This document shows, piece after piece, positions 37,001-52,000 of a stretch of 64,000 nucleotides of DNA. Position 1 is the first letter of the stretch; each line of letters opens with the position of its first letter. The stretch is from Lama guanicoe. Lineage: Eukaryota. Made by a program: the position numbers and the translations under genes. Below the pieces are notes generated by a model. The model had not been told where the DNA came from. It did not search any database and saw only the letters and a list, made by a program, of their open reading frames with translations. The DNA lies in assembly GCA_013239625.1 (NCBI GenBank), contig MU054132.1:558001-622000 (forward strand), in the 5' to 3' direction.

Positions 37001-40000
37001 GTGGCTGTTGATTACACTTTGACCAGGAATAAATAAGCATTCCTGTTTCTGCACATACCCACCACTGTTTTGCATTGTCAGAAAATTTCTAATTTTTGCT
37101 AGTCTGAGGGTGGAATTCCACTAAGGTTTTAATTTGCATTTCCCTAGTTAATGGTGATGCTCAGCATTCCCTCTGATTGGTCAGCTCTGTTTGCTGGGAG
37201 GGATCTCTCCGACTGGGAGGAAAGAGGTTCCGTAGTGACCCAACTAGATGAGTCTGAGAGATGGTCCACACTGATTTAGCTCAGAAACAGTTAGTTCTAT
37301 ACAGAAACTGAAAGTACTCAGAGGCCTTGAAGCCCCATATAAAAACTGAGTGGGAGCTCTTTCACCTTTGTGGCAGCCTCCAAGGGGGTCTTCAGGGTCT
37401 CCGAACACTGGCCCATCCCATAGTGGAAAGGGAGTGAGCCAGGACTGCACGGGTATCTTTGGTTGAGGCAAGAAGGGAAGCCAGGCTCGTGTGATCCAGG
37501 CACCAAACCCATACACCTCCCCCACAGTGAGATGACTGCACATAAGCCTCTTCATACCTCAGCATCATACTTTTCATTGATGGCAGGTTCAGTAGTGACC
37601 AGCTTCATCCTGCTGGCGAACCGCAGTGAAGACAGCTGAAAAACAGATCAGACCTGTGTTCTTGGCCAGTTACTGATTTGTAAAACAGGTAAAAGGAGCC
37701 CGCTAGGAAAGACAAATCCCTGCACAGAGGCATGCTCCCCAGTGGACTGAGGGGTCCCTTGAGTCCATGGAATGACGTCTGGGGGGTCCTGCCTGAGTCC
37801 CTCTCAGGGCACAGGCAGTCAGGTGTAATTATGGCTGGGAGCCCAGCAGGCAACCACAGAAGCAGGCACTTGGGAAATGGCCCCATTGCACTAATGTCCC
37901 ATGAGGAGTGGAGGGCTGCTCCCTGGCAGCAAGGAGCAGCCAGTGGTGGCAAGAGGCAGGCCTCACACCATGCTGGGCTGACTCCGTCATACACACATGC
38001 AGTGAGTGTCACTGCATAAAGCAACACAAACCATGACAAACAGTTTGAAGGTTTTCAAACATTTGTAGAAGAGAACCATGAGCTTCCACACCCCTGGTAT
38101 GCCTTTATCCCAAACCCCTGAAACCTCTCCAGCAGCATCTTGGGGCTCTGTAGGCTCAGTCCCGAGCAGGATCCCCAGTGGCACTGGGACAAGCCTCTGG
38201 GGACAGCAAGAACTAGGAGAGTTGCTTCCTGTGTGGTGACATCTCAGGGGATAAGGGGATACAGGGTCTTCAATGGTCTTGGAGAACATATTTCTTAAGC
38301 AGGCACCTAGGAGGCCCAATATTCACATGAGTTCAGTGAACTCTTGGGGTTCACTTGTGCTTTGTTGTACTGAGACCAGTAGGGTCCTGAAGCCTTCCTC
38401 TGGGGATGCTGTCTGCATGTCAGCTGAGCTACCCTCCTCCCTGGCCTCTCAAGTCCCAGGGTGTGTGGCAGAACTTCCCCTGGAAGCCAGGATGGTCCCT
38501 AATGCACAAACCTGGGTGGCGATGCAGGAGCATTTTGTTCTGCAGTGTCCCTAGAAATGACCTGTTTCACCTAAGTGGATCCTCCAGATGACTAAAGTTT
38601 GCCCTGAATGCCCACATTTGAGCAAAATGTCTAGGGAGAGCTTTCAAACCTATCTTACTTATATGTAGGGTAGGGAGGAGAGGCGGGGAGCCCCAGACTG
38701 AGTGCCCAGCTGTGTGGACTCACCTGTGTCACTGCCTCAACCAGAATTCCTGTCTCTGGTTCTCGTAAGCTTCTTCCCTCCCCAGATCACCTGTGCCCTG
38801 ATGCTGGGTTAACCTCTCTGAGTCACAATGCTGGCCACAGTCCTAACCCACTCAAACCCTGTAACAACCCCAGCCACCTACAAGAGAACAGCCAAGGCCT
38901 CAGCCTGGCCACTAGGGCACATCCAGCCCCTCTACCTTCTTCTTCTTCTTCCTCCCCTTCCTGAGCTCCCCACTGCAGTGGCCAGATGTTCATGGCACGG
39001 GCCACATCTTCAGGCCCACAGTTTCCTCTGCCAGGAACATCTCTGCTTTCCCTACCTCCGAGCCAGCTCAGTGCCCAAGCTTCAAGAAAAATGCCCCCTC
39101 CCCTGAAGGACTCCTCCATCTGGGCCTCTCTAACTACTTAGGGCCAAGGTTGGGGACTCCAAGGCCTAAGGCCACATATGCCTCATCTCTACTGAGCTGC
39201 TCCCCCAACTGCTTTGCACATGGCAGGTGTTCGACCCCTTTCTGCTCACACCAGCCTTATAACCCCAGTCTGGAATCCTGAGTTATTTCCAAGATTTTTA
39301 AACATGTGATTACAAAGAATGGGGAATCAGCTATCCTCCTTGATTCCAGTTCCCAGGAGCAGCACCCCCGAAAGCATGGTCCTTCCCCCATAAAGCTGGC
39401 TCTCAGCCTTCTCTCCTCACACTAGCCCCCAAACTGAGCTTGCCTCCTGCCTTGCCTCTTTCTCAACATAGCTTCTGCCCCTTGGTACTTGCATCCTGGC
39501 TGGGGCCACCTCAGCAATTTTGGCTCAGCCACCTCCCCTGGGTCCCTCCACCCTTAACAATGTCTATGGCTGCTGTGCCAGCTTACCCAGCCCTCACACT
39601 CATGAGGAAGGATTCTAACCCTGCTGAATTGGCTGTCTTTACGTACCGTCTCTTCTAACTGGGCGGCTTCTCCATAGATGTTTGTCACGAGGACCAAATT
39701 GCAATTTCCCCCTGCAGAAAACAGGACACAGAAGGGCCATGAACCATGTGGACTTTCTGCCAAGAGATTTCTTTGAGGCTAGTGGGGTCTATTACGATCT
39801 GAATGTTTGTGTCCCCTCAAAATTCATATGTTGAAGTCCTAATACCCAATGTGATGGTATTTGGAGGTGAGGCCTTCAGGAAGTGATTAAGTTTAGATGA
39901 GGTCATAAGGGTGGAGCCCCATGATGGGACTAGTGCCTTATGAGAAGAGCTCTGTGTCTCTTTCTGGTCTCTCTTTGCTCTCTCTCTCTCTCTCTCTCTG

Positions 40001-43000
40001 CCATGTGAAGACACAGTGAGAAAGCAGCCACCTAGAGACCAGGAAGAGAGTTCTCACCAGGAACCATTCCCACCGGACCTTGATCTGGGACTTTCAGCCT
40101 CCAGACCTGTAAGAAATAGACGTCTGATGTTTAAGTCACAACAGACGTCTGTTGTTTAAGTCCATGGTATTTTGTTATAGCAGCCTGAGTTGACTGAAAC
40201 AGGGTCAGAGAGGACATGTGCAAGCTTGCACATGGCTGGGAGGCAAGTGGAGGAGGGAGAGAAGAGGGAGAGGCTGCCGTCTGTACCTAAAAGGAGAGCC
40301 AGGGGAACGGCAGAGGAGAAATGGCCTGGGGCAGGGCAGAGGGCTGTGGGCCAGGGCTTTGCTCAGAGGGGCACTCAGTTAATAATCACATACCAACTAT
40401 GTGTCATCAGGCCCAACATGAAAGCCTTGGAACCCAAGGATGACAGGACACAGCCCCAGCTCCTCAATCGGAGGCTGTAGGGAAGGGAAGACATCATGGG
40501 AGAGGCCCTCTACCTGGGTCTTCAAAACAATGAAGGATTCTGCCAGCTGGTTCAGGGATGAGGGGAGATGATAAGGTATTCCCAGTAGAAGCAAAAGCTT
40601 AAGCAAAGATTCTGAGGAGTGAACAGAATGGCATGCTGTGGGTGACATCAGAGGGCACTATGCTTGATTCTGTCTTTTCACGTGTGTCTAAGGTCACTGT
40701 GAAAGGCTGCAGGTAAGTCCACGCCACCAGGAGGGAGCAATTCCATTATCACCAGTAGCAGATGTGGCAGACCAGTCCCTCCTCCCTGGGCACCAACCAC
40801 ATCCTCACCTAACGAGTCCTTCAGGGCGTGGGTGAGCTTGCACTGCCGGAAGGGGATGTGGTCTCGCTTCTGGTCCCCAAGGGCAATGATGGCCTGCTCC
40901 AGGAATGACAGCGACTTGTTGATGTAGGTGGCTTCCTTCAGGACTCGGCCCTCCGACTACAAACCAAAGGTCAGTTCCTCTTCAGACCAAGTGGGGAGGC
41001 TGCCCCACAAAGAACACTGCAGGTCTGTGGGTAGGCCAGAGCCTCCTTCCCAAAACTAGGGTCTTCTCTCACTGTCATAAGATTGTATTCAACCTTGGGC
41101 TAATACAAACCCTCACAGGAACATTCATGCAAATACTCATGTGAATGCTCATGCAAATATTAATACTTAAGTGAATATTCATATGGATACTCACTTAAGA
41201 GTCACACTAAATGAATGCACATGGGTATATTTGCGTAGACACTTGAGCAAATAATCCTGGGAACATACAAACATTCATACAATACATAAACGCATTCATA
41301 TGAATACACATAGGAATGCTCATCTGAATGCTCTTGTGAATGCTTATGCTAATACACTCATCTGAATATTTATGTAAGATGAAATACTTATGCAAATATT
41401 CATCATGTGAACACTCACACTCACACAGAAAAATGCTAACATGAGCATGGAGCATTTACTGAGCTCTGCCTGAGTGCTAGGTCCTTGCTAAGAATTTAGG
41501 AGCCATCATCTTATTCAATGTTCACAAAAATCCTGTCAGGTAGGAACTGCCTCTCTGATGCAGCTGTTTCACTACTCCTAGTTCTGTCCCTCCAGCTCCA
41601 CCGCGCCTAGCTCAGGACTGTGCTCACGAATGCTCAGTGAGTGATAGCCCACATGCACAGGCACTAAGTTGGAAACCAGGCCATGGCTTGTCTTGTTAAG
41701 GAAGAACTTCCTCCTCCCCACTTACCCCAGACTTCCCCAGCCTTTCCGAGCCTGCTAGATCCACCAAGTTGATTTTGGAAGTGATGTACTTTTCATTTGA
41801 TAAGGTCCGCGAATGGGCCTATGAAACACCCAAACAGAGGTTAGACTGTCACAGTGAGCAGGTCACAAGGGGATCGACTGCCGCTCCCAGGCTATTCAAA
41901 GAGCCTGCACTTACCTCCATGTAGATGGTGAAAATGCAGTGTGACCTAGATGAGCTCTTGTTCATCGTGTGGGAAGCTATAATCCTGTTGGTCTCTCCCT
42001 GAAGAAAAGGGAAAACACAGACGTTTTGAAAAATTAAAATAATAAGGCATGGGGGGAAGGTATAGCTCAAGTGGTAGAGCGATGCTTAGCATCCAGGAGG
42101 TCCTAGGTTCGATCCCCAGTATCTCCAATAAATAGCTTTACTTACCTTCCCCTCCCCGAAAGAACCCAAAAAACAAACAAAAACAATAAAATAAAAAGCT
42201 ATTGGGGTCATTTTTCAACCATATACAAGTGATCTTTGTATCACTGCAATCAGCCAGGCCTTCCAGGCGAATCTCATTTATAAACTAGTAGAAGAGAAGA
42301 CAAATTGGAGTCCAGTCCTGCACTTTCACTTCCTGCTAGAGATGTGTGAATTTATACAGCTTTCTGAAAAGCAAAGTGGCAGTAAGAACTAAGAGTCTTA
42401 AAAATGTTCATGAATACTGCATCTTAACCAACCTACATATCCAACAACTAGGGAATGATCTATCTGTACATGGAATGTTATGTAACCAGGAGAATGTTGA
42501 TAGTTTTTAACAACGGAAAATGCAGAATCATAGCAAACTGACTTCAACAGCACAATAAAAGAACTGTACACTACAACAAAGTGGCGTTTATCTCGGGATG
42601 CAAGGATGCTTTGACGTATGCAAATCAGTCAATGTGGTACACCTCAGTAATACAATGAAGGATAAAAATCCTATGATGGTACAATCTAAGGAATACAAAA
42701 GCAATCACAGAAGAAAGAATAAACAAATGCTACTACCAAGATGTTTATAATGGTTACTTCTGAGTTTGGGGTTTATAAGTAATATTTTTATGTATACAGG
42801 TTTGTGCTTTCATTTTTTTTTTACAGTGGATGTGTATTAATTTTGAAAATTAGGAAAAACCAATATTTGTATTTTTAAAGGGACAGCAGGGCCTTGCCTC
42901 TAAATCACAGGATTGGGCACTATGACCACAATACACTTAAAAGGAGATATGGCAGAAGGGGCTGTTCTTAGAGAAAAAGATCCTTGTGGGAGGGACTTCC

Positions 43001-46000
43001 TCCTCCTTATAGGCCCCTGGGAAATGCTGTGAACAAGCTCCAAATCAGTGATGCCACATTCCTCTCCCCGTCCTCCTTCAAAGAGGAAGGGAGGCCCTGG
43101 ACTGTGGAGCGGGCCTGGCTGACCCCCAGGCTCTATCCCTATAGCCTCTCAATGTCTACTTGTCTTTCAGATTCACTGACATCTGCCAAGAGTTGCAGGG
43201 GTCACTTCATCTTTATCCTTTAGTCCTCTCTTTCTGAAGTACCCTCTTTGCTTGTCTTTCTGGCTTCTAATTAAGCAAACTCTGAAGGCCAGAGAAGTGC
43301 CTTTTCCTCCACAAAGAGTCCCTTGCTGGCTGTCCCCACCATGGCCACATCCATCCAGGTGTCTGTCACTCCTGGAGCACAGCTCACACTATGTCCTGGT
43401 TGTCACCGGTTTCCCTCCTACCCTTCCCTGTTCCGTAGTGAACTCCTTACGACTCCCATTTATCCTTCCACCATCATTGCCCAGCAAGGACGTGGCCCTT
43501 GAGGAATTACTGTTGCAAACAAAATGCCTGGTTCAATTCTAAATATGACTGCTTGAGCAGTCATGCTTTTGAACAGCATCCACTGAGCACTTATTTTATG
43601 CAAGGCTCTGTGGTCGATGCTCAAAGTGCCTGATCCCATTTGGTGTAGTCACTATGGAAAACAGTATGGAGGTTCTTCAAAATTTTTTAAATAGAACTAC
43701 CATACGATCCAACAATTCCACTTCAGGATATTTATAAAATAAATGAGTCACAGGGATATGTGTACAGCATGGTGACTATTAATAATACTGTATTGCATAT
43801 TTGAAAGTCACAAAAAGTAGCTCTTAAAAGTTCTCATCACACACAAAAATAATGTGTGACTATGTATGGTGACAGATGTTAACTAGGCTTATTGTGGTCA
43901 TCATTTTGCAGTGTATATAAATATTGAATTATGTTGTACACTTGAATCTAATATAATGTTATAAGTCAATTATAAAAATGCTTGATCCCATCTGATTCTC
44001 GTAACAACCCTTGGGATAATGATAGGTTAAAAAAAAAAGTGTCTCCACTTTTACAGATGAGCAAACTGGGGCCTGGAGAGATTCATGGTTTGCTCAACAC
44101 TAAGGCTTCAGAGCTTGAAAGAAATCTGGACTTGAGCCTAGGTTCCCCAATTCCAAGCCCTACACCTTTTGCACTGTATCTCAGCCCAAAACTTAAAGGG
44201 GCTTCTCACAATACAAGGGACTAAGTGTTCAGAAACCTTCCTACTGCAAATCACCTAAAAATAGTAGACAGAATATTTTAAACTTCCTTTTAAATGCATG
44301 GCTGAGATTGCAAGAAAGTAAGGCAAAATACCTAGGGGCCAGACACAAAGCAGAAGCAGGAATCCAGGAATTATAAACAAGAACCAATGTTCTTATTGCC
44401 CTGAGAGCAACATGCAAACTGGGTGTTGTCAGACAGTCCTTGCTGAATTTCTTGGTGTTTCTCTGAGCAATGAAATTGACCTGTTATAAAGATAGAGAAA
44501 ATCTCCTCTTTCTCCTAAAGCTCTTCACATTCTGAAGGTGGTAGACCTGGAGCCACCTGTCTCCTTCCCCACTTCCATCCACTTCCATCCCCCTACCCAA
44601 GCTGTCTGCTCCAATACAAAGGGTAATAAAATCTTTCTTCCTCCTTCAGAGCCAAATGCTTAACTTTCAGTGCAGAGGCCTTCCCCTCCTTTCCCAAGAG
44701 AAAATTTACTTACATTCCAAAATAAACCACATGCTCTCTCTCATTCTCCCCTTTTGTCCCTATCTGCCCCTCTCCACCTCCAACTCTCTCTATCCCCACA
44801 GAGGAGAAGAGAAGTAAATGTAGCAGCTCCTATATAAACCCTGAGATACACAATTTTGAAATTCGTCTCCAGTAAGATAGACACCCCCTCCCTTCTGTAA
44901 ACATATGTGACATCTGCCTTCACTGTGTTGCTCTATGGGGATCTGGGGTGTAGGAAACTGTGCTAGAGTATTATTAAAACCACTGCGACCACTGTGAGGC
45001 TGAGTAATAAAGGTCTGATTTCTGATTCAGAGGCCTAGTGTTTCTAGGTGTCTTTGTCTATCTGTGCATGTGTGTGTGTACATGTCTTTGTGGGTGGGGT
45101 CCTTCACAGGTTTGGACTCAACACCGTGTAATGCAACTATGCAGATGAAGTCAGAAAAAGGTTTGGATCTACCCGAGGAAAGTGTCTGCTGACCCATGTC
45201 CCTGAAGTCTATGCCTTTTGGCAAAGGGGAAATAGAGGAAAATCTGCTGCAGAAAGTGGAAAGGAGGGAAACTATTTCAGCACTGGCATTATCTCTGGAC
45301 AGAACAGGGAAATATATATATATATATTCCAAGAATTTACAATCAAAGCCTCAACCAAACATGAGATTGGGGCACAAGTATATACTACTTTAAAGTTCTG
45401 ATAACCTTAAAATAAACATCTGATTTAAAAAGGCCCTGGATTGGTAATGTCCCCTAGGCACCTGAAAGAAAAATCTTCTCTAAAGTAACATATTCTCAAC
45501 CCAAGCATCAAAGAAGACCCACTAATAACGGTCCAAGGGAGTAGAGCTTATAATCAAATCACAAAACATAGATGGAAACAAGGTACCATAAGCAAGAATC
45601 AGAAAGAATATCTGCAGAAGTGACTCTCAGAATGTTAAGATAGTGGAATTATTAGGTAAAGAATATAAAATAAGTATGTTTACCATGTTTAAAGAAATAA
45701 AGGAATCAAAAACACAGGAAATGAACAAAATTCTATAAAATAACTAGCAAGGTTTATAAAGAACAACACAGAACTTTTGGAAACGACAAAATAGAATACT
45801 TTAAATTAAAGAGAAGATTAAATACTAATCTGCAGAAGAGAGAATAAGGAAAATAGAAAATAAATCTGAAGAGATTACCGTTCTGCTTTCTGGTTCCATG
45901 TGGAAGAAACTTGAAAGTCATCACTTTATCCTAACAACAAGTAAAAAGCTAAACACACTGAAAAATCAACAACCCTTCTTAAATCTGTAAGAGAAATGAG

Positions 46001-49000
46001 GTCACAGGGCAAATCGCTGACAAAATTGGAGAGACAGACAGGCAGATACAGAGAATGACATCTCAGACCAGAACTGTCCATGGGAACTTGTGTTAAGAAG
46101 TTCCTTTTATCCCGTACTTTATGTCCAGCTATCAAGAAAAAATTACAAGACAGCAACAGCAGAATACACATTCTTCTCAAGTTGACATGAAACATCACTA
46201 AAATAGACCATATTTGGGGCCATGAAACACACATTAACACATTGAAGTGAATAGAAATCATACAATGTCTGCTCTTAGACAATAATGGAATTAAACTAGA
46301 AACCAATAACAGAAATATAATTAGATAATTTCAAAACATATGAAGATTAAATGATACATTTCTAAATAACACATGGGTCAAAGAAGAAATCTCAAGAGAA
46401 ATATTTTGAACTAAATGAAAATAGAAACATGACATCAAAGTTTGTGGGATGCCATGAAAGCAGTGCATAGAGGGAAATTACACTGCTGAATGCATGTATT
46501 AGAAAAGAAGAGTGCTTGCTTAGGCAGCACATACACTAAAATTGGAACGATACAGAGATTAGCATGGTCCCTGCACAAGGATGACACCCAAATTCATGAA
46601 GTATTCCATATTTTTAAAAAGGAAAAAAAAGATCTAAAAATCAATCATCTAAGTTTCCATCACAGGAAATCAGAAAAAGAAAAAGTTAAATCCAAAGTAA
46701 GCTGAAGAGAAGAAATAATAAAAATTACAGCAGAAATCAATGAAACTGAAAATAGGAAATCAATAAAGAAAATCAATGAAACCAAAACCTGATCCTTTAA
46801 AAAGACAAATAGAATTGGTAAGCCTCCCCAGGCCAACTAAGAGAAAAAGACAACATAAATCACTAATATCAGAAATCAAAGAGGGGATATCATTGCAGAT
46901 CCCATGGATATTAAAAGGATAATATTATGAAACAAGTGTAAGCCCACAAATTTGATAACCTAGATGAAATGGACCAATTCCTTGAAAGACATCATCTGCC
47001 AAAACTCACAGAAGGCATAGACAACCTGAACAGGCCTTTATCTATTAAAGAAATAGAATTAATAATTAATAACCTTCCAAAATAGAAATCACAGGCCCAG
47101 ATGGATTCACTGGTGAATTCCACTGAACATTTAAGTTAGAGATAAAAGGATAAATAACAAGAAAGAAAGGTTAAGAGACATGGAGAACAGAGTGAAGAAG
47201 ACAGAAGTCTGTTTAATCATAATTGATTGCTTCCCATCAGTGACTGAATATAGCAGGAATACTAATACAGATCTGTTCTTACTTGGCCAACTTTGGCTCA
47301 AAGATTCCCAACTTATTTACACTGAACCTTCTTCATAATGCATGGCAGTCTTGGATGCTTTTACCCAACTTTCCCTCCCTTCACTTGAGGTAAGACTAGC
47401 ATCATGGCTTGATGGTTATCCAGCCTTACATGGCTCCCTTCCTACCTCCTTGACACACAAATTTCCCCTCCTAAAATCTTTGCACATTTAATCCCATCCT
47501 GACATCTGCTTCTCAGAGAACCCAGACTAACATAATTTTAAAAGACTGTTGAATAGACCAACAGTTGACTTCTCACCAGTGACAATGGAAACCATAATTT
47601 TGCAATGATATCTTTAATGTGGTAAAAGAAAACAAATGCTAAAATAGAATTTTATGTCCAGCAAAAATATTTTTCAAGATTGAGAGAAAAAAAAAGCAAG
47701 CCACAGGAAATAGAAATTATTTATATACATACAACTGCAAAAAGAACTAGTTTTCAGAATATGTAAAGAATTTATACAAATAAGTAAGAGAAAGAAAAAG
47801 GATATCTATAAAGAAAATAAAAGACATAAGCAGGGAAACCCAACTGGTCAATAAACACATGAAAAGGTCCTTAATCTCACCAGAAATCAGGGAGATGCAA
47901 ACCAAGACCACAGTGGGAAACAACTCACCCCAGTCAGATTAGTCAAAATTTTAAGGTCAGAATAATGAGGATTCTGATAACCTGTTGTGGGAATACACCC
48001 ATTATGGAAAACAGTTGGCATCATCTAAGAAATCTAAAGCCATACTTATTCTATAATCCCGCAATTGCAGTTCTTGGCTTTACCTAGAGAAATTCATGGT
48101 TATGTGCACCACTTAAACATACAAGAATGTGCAACCATCAGCACAACTCTATTTTTAAAATGTTGCATCACTCCAAAAAGTTTCCTCAGGACCATTTGCA
48201 GTCACTTCCTGCCCTCTTCCCCAGGCAACCACTAACCTGCTTTCTGTCTCTATAGATGTGGCTATCCAGACATTTCAAATGAATGGAATCACACAACAGG
48301 TGATCTTTTATATTTCTCTTACTTAGCATTTTTTGGAGATTCATCCATGTTGTAGCATGTATCAATGCTTCATTTCCTTTTATTGCTGAATAGTTTTCCA
48401 TTGTATGGATGTACCACATTTTGTTTATCCATTCTCCAGTTGATGAATATTTTGCTTATTTCCAATCTTTGGCTATCATGAACAATCTTGTTATGAATAG
48501 TTGTATACAAGCTTTTGTGTGCACATATACTTTCATTTCTCTTGGGTAGATTCCTAGGAGTAAAATTGCTAGGCCCTATGATAAAATTAATGTTTAACTT
48601 TTTGGGAAACTGCCAAAATGGCTGCATCATTTTACATTACACCAGCAATGTATGAGTTTCAATCTACATGACTTTTAAAAGAATAACATATCCCGGGAGT
48701 TTTTTTCATTGATTTGTAAGAGCTTTTATATACCAAAGACATTAATTCTTTTTTTCTATATTATAGATGCCCATGATTTAATGTAAACTAAAAAAGAATA
48801 AAAAGGACAATTTCAACTAAGTAAATAAAAAAAACTGCACGGGAAAAAGGACTGGAAGGAAATAAGCAAACCTACACATTACTGTTGCCACATACAGAAA
48901 ACAGATGAGTGAATTCATTTTTTGCTCCTACATGTTTTCATTACTATCTGAACTTGCTAAATGAGTATATATTTATTTTCATTCTAGTTATCAAAGTGAG

Positions 49001-52000
49001 TAAAAAACTAAAAAGGAGGGAGAGAGGAAAAGGAAAAAAAGAGAGGAGGGAGGACGGAAAGAAAGAGAGGAAGGAAGGAACCCTTAGACTTCATCTCACC
49101 TCAAAAAGAAGGCTGAATGCATCTTCCTCCTGACTTGTGAGGTGAACTGACAAGCCCTTAATGAAGACCCCCTGAGGATTTTCCACAATGGTCATTGGTG
49201 TGACCGAGGGTCCAACATAGGGTAGAGTGGACAGGAGGTCAAACAGGCTCTCATTATAGATTTCCAGGTAGGAAACACGCACAGTGATGGCATGTGTGGG
49301 GCGCTCTTCAATCATCCTAAAAACCTAGATGGGAGATTGGACAGAAGTCACCAAGAGCAGAGCTCCAAATACCCATCAGTATTAGGGGAATTTCTTACCT
49401 TAGGAGGGAATTCTTGCACTAAAGGAATTCAGAGTCTAGTGGATGTGACGATCATCAAAAACAACAATTATTAGTAGCTCCATCGGGTGATATTTATTAT
49501 CATATTGTAGGTTATTGAGGCCTAACTTGCAGATTGACTAATACGTGTACAGCCTCAAGAAATAGAGGCATGGTGAACAGAAAGGACTCAGAAGTGACGG
49601 TATCTTCTTTGGTGGAGTTTTACCACATATAATCCTCTTTGACATCCATTGCTTAACTCCATCCACATAACTCCACTGTGATTAGAGCAGAACAGGGGTA
49701 ATACCCATCTATAGTCACTCAGCTAGTAAGGGAAGAAGCCAAGCCAGAACTCAGCCTTCTCAACTCCTAATAACTCTCCCCAGTTCGTATCATCAGGTGA
49801 CTTTGGGCTGGTCCTTTCCCCTCTCTGGACCTTAACTTTCTTATCTGTTAAATGGGGAGTTGGGCTGGATGATCCCTGAAGTACCCCCTTGCTCTAACAG
49901 TCTAGATCTATGCTGTCCAATATGGTAGATACTAGCTCAGTGGCCACTGAGCACTTGAAATGTGGCTCATACAATGAGGAACTCAGTTCTACACTTTATT
50001 TAATTTTAACTAAGAATATAAAACTGATGCTAAATTCAGTTATTGGTAAACATTTAAGTATGTTTGGAACAACTTGGGTTTATATATCTACTTTTTCAGC
50101 TGTAAATTTCATGAAATCTAAATACACATGTAGAATTTGTTTTAAACTTTTCTTTTTTAGGGGGTGGGAGGAACTATGGTTTATTTATTTATTTTTTAAG
50201 TGGAGGTACTGAGGATTGAACCCAGGGCCTCATGCAAGCTAGGTATGCATTCTGCCACTGAGCTATACCCTCCCCACCAAATCTAAATACAGAGCCTACT
50301 ATTTCTGATGAATATTTAGTGCCTAAATTGAAATGTGCTGTTAAGTGTAAAATACATATCATATTTCAAAGACTTAGTGTAAGGAAAAGGAATGTAAAAT
50401 ATATCAATAATTCTTGTATTGATTACACGTGGAAATAATATTTTGGCTATATTGAGTTAAAGTATATTATTAAAATTAGTTTCACCTGTTTTGCTTTTTG
50501 ACCTGTGGCTACTGGAAAAGTCAAAATTGCATATGTGACTTGCATTATATTTCTATTGGGCAGCGCTGGGCTAGACTATTAGAGTCTAAGACGCTGAGCT
50601 ACTGAAGCTTTGACAGTGGGATATTAAGGATATTGCTTCAAAAAATTACAGCATGGATGGTTATACACTAGATGGACATTTTCACTTCTTACAGGACAGA
50701 GCTTTAAAACCTAAAGATGCTTTTAGGGAAAAGTCCTTTGCCTCCCACCTCCAAAAAGAGGGTCCTCACAGAACCCAGACTAGCGGACCTCAAAGGTAAG
50801 CCCTTCTGTCCTATCTTAAGTCACACTTCCCAGACCCTCAGGGCTGACTCAGTCCTGAAAGCTCATGCCGTGCCTTGCTTCTACCCTGTGCTCTTTTCTG
50901 GGGCTGAGGTGGTGGAAGAAGCCAGAGCAGGCCAGTAAGGAAGCTGTGCAAGGGTCCATATCCCTCTCATTAAAACCAGGAAAGAACACGGTTAGGACTC
51001 CTAATTCCTCAATTACAAGGTCACAGATCATCAGAATAGCAAGAAACCAGTCAGCATGTCCAACTCCCTCTTTCACAAATGAGGAAGCAGACTCAGCGTG
51101 AGTATAGGTCAGAGTCTGGAAACCGAAATCCTAGTTTTCACACACACACACCACCCACTACGTATATCCTGTCTCCCCTACAGGCTGCAACTCCTTTGAG
51201 GCCTGGACCCCTCTTTCTGCAGGAGCTGGCCTGGGATGGGCAGCATCTGGGGTAAAGACAGCGGACCTGTGTGGCATCCCACCCATGGGCCCACTCTCTA
51301 CCTGTTGTAGGGCACGAGGGAGGATTCCCCGGTGCTTGTAATTCTCAGTTGCCCCCGTCATGGTGTATGTCTTGCCAGCTCCCGTCTGCCCATAACACAT
51401 GATGGTGCCTGCAAACATTTCAAAACACATCTTGGTGACATCCAGGAAGATAGCTCCAAGGAGAGTTCTCCTACCCTGCAGCATGCCCAGTGCCAGCCAG
51501 AGCCCTGGTGTGAAGATGGCCATCAGGAGTAGCCAAGGACATCAGGAATTCCTGCCATGGAGGCAGCGGGGGCAGGGAAACAGAGATATAAATGTTCAAA
51601 ACACAGACGGTTTCTCTCAATCTGGGGTCCATTGTAGTGCTCTACTCCTCAGGCTTCTGAGGAGAGCAAGGAATCCCGGGGAACAGAGGAAGTGAGGATT
51701 TCCCTAGAAAGACAAGGGAGATAAGTGCACTAAACTTCAGCCCTTCTTTAGCAAGGTCAGGAACTGCCAGATTCTCTGGGCTGGGCCTCCCTGCGGGGCT
51801 GGCCAGGCAGGAGGAAAGAAGGACTTTCAAAATCACCAGGAAAAGACGGGAGTGAAAAGGGCATTTCCTTTGTAGACTTCAAGTTCCCACGGGACCAAAC
51901 AGGCCTGCCAGGCCACTTAAACAGAGCACTGTGAGCAAGTCCCGATCTAGTCCCATTGCCTTCTCTGGCAAGACTTTCATTTGGACCTCTCATGTGCTCT

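Noticed and set aside
42051..42130. tRNA gene-like sequence (also 50200-50276 and 57083-57160)
   Set aside because: Diverged copies share a non-tRNA 3' segment, A-rich tails and flanking duplications, so they are SINEs.
46512..46615. Functional U6 gene or U6/L1 chimera
   Set aside because: It carries mutations and a deletion, upstream DNA is L1 rather than a PSE/TATA promoter, and L1 is continuous on both sides.
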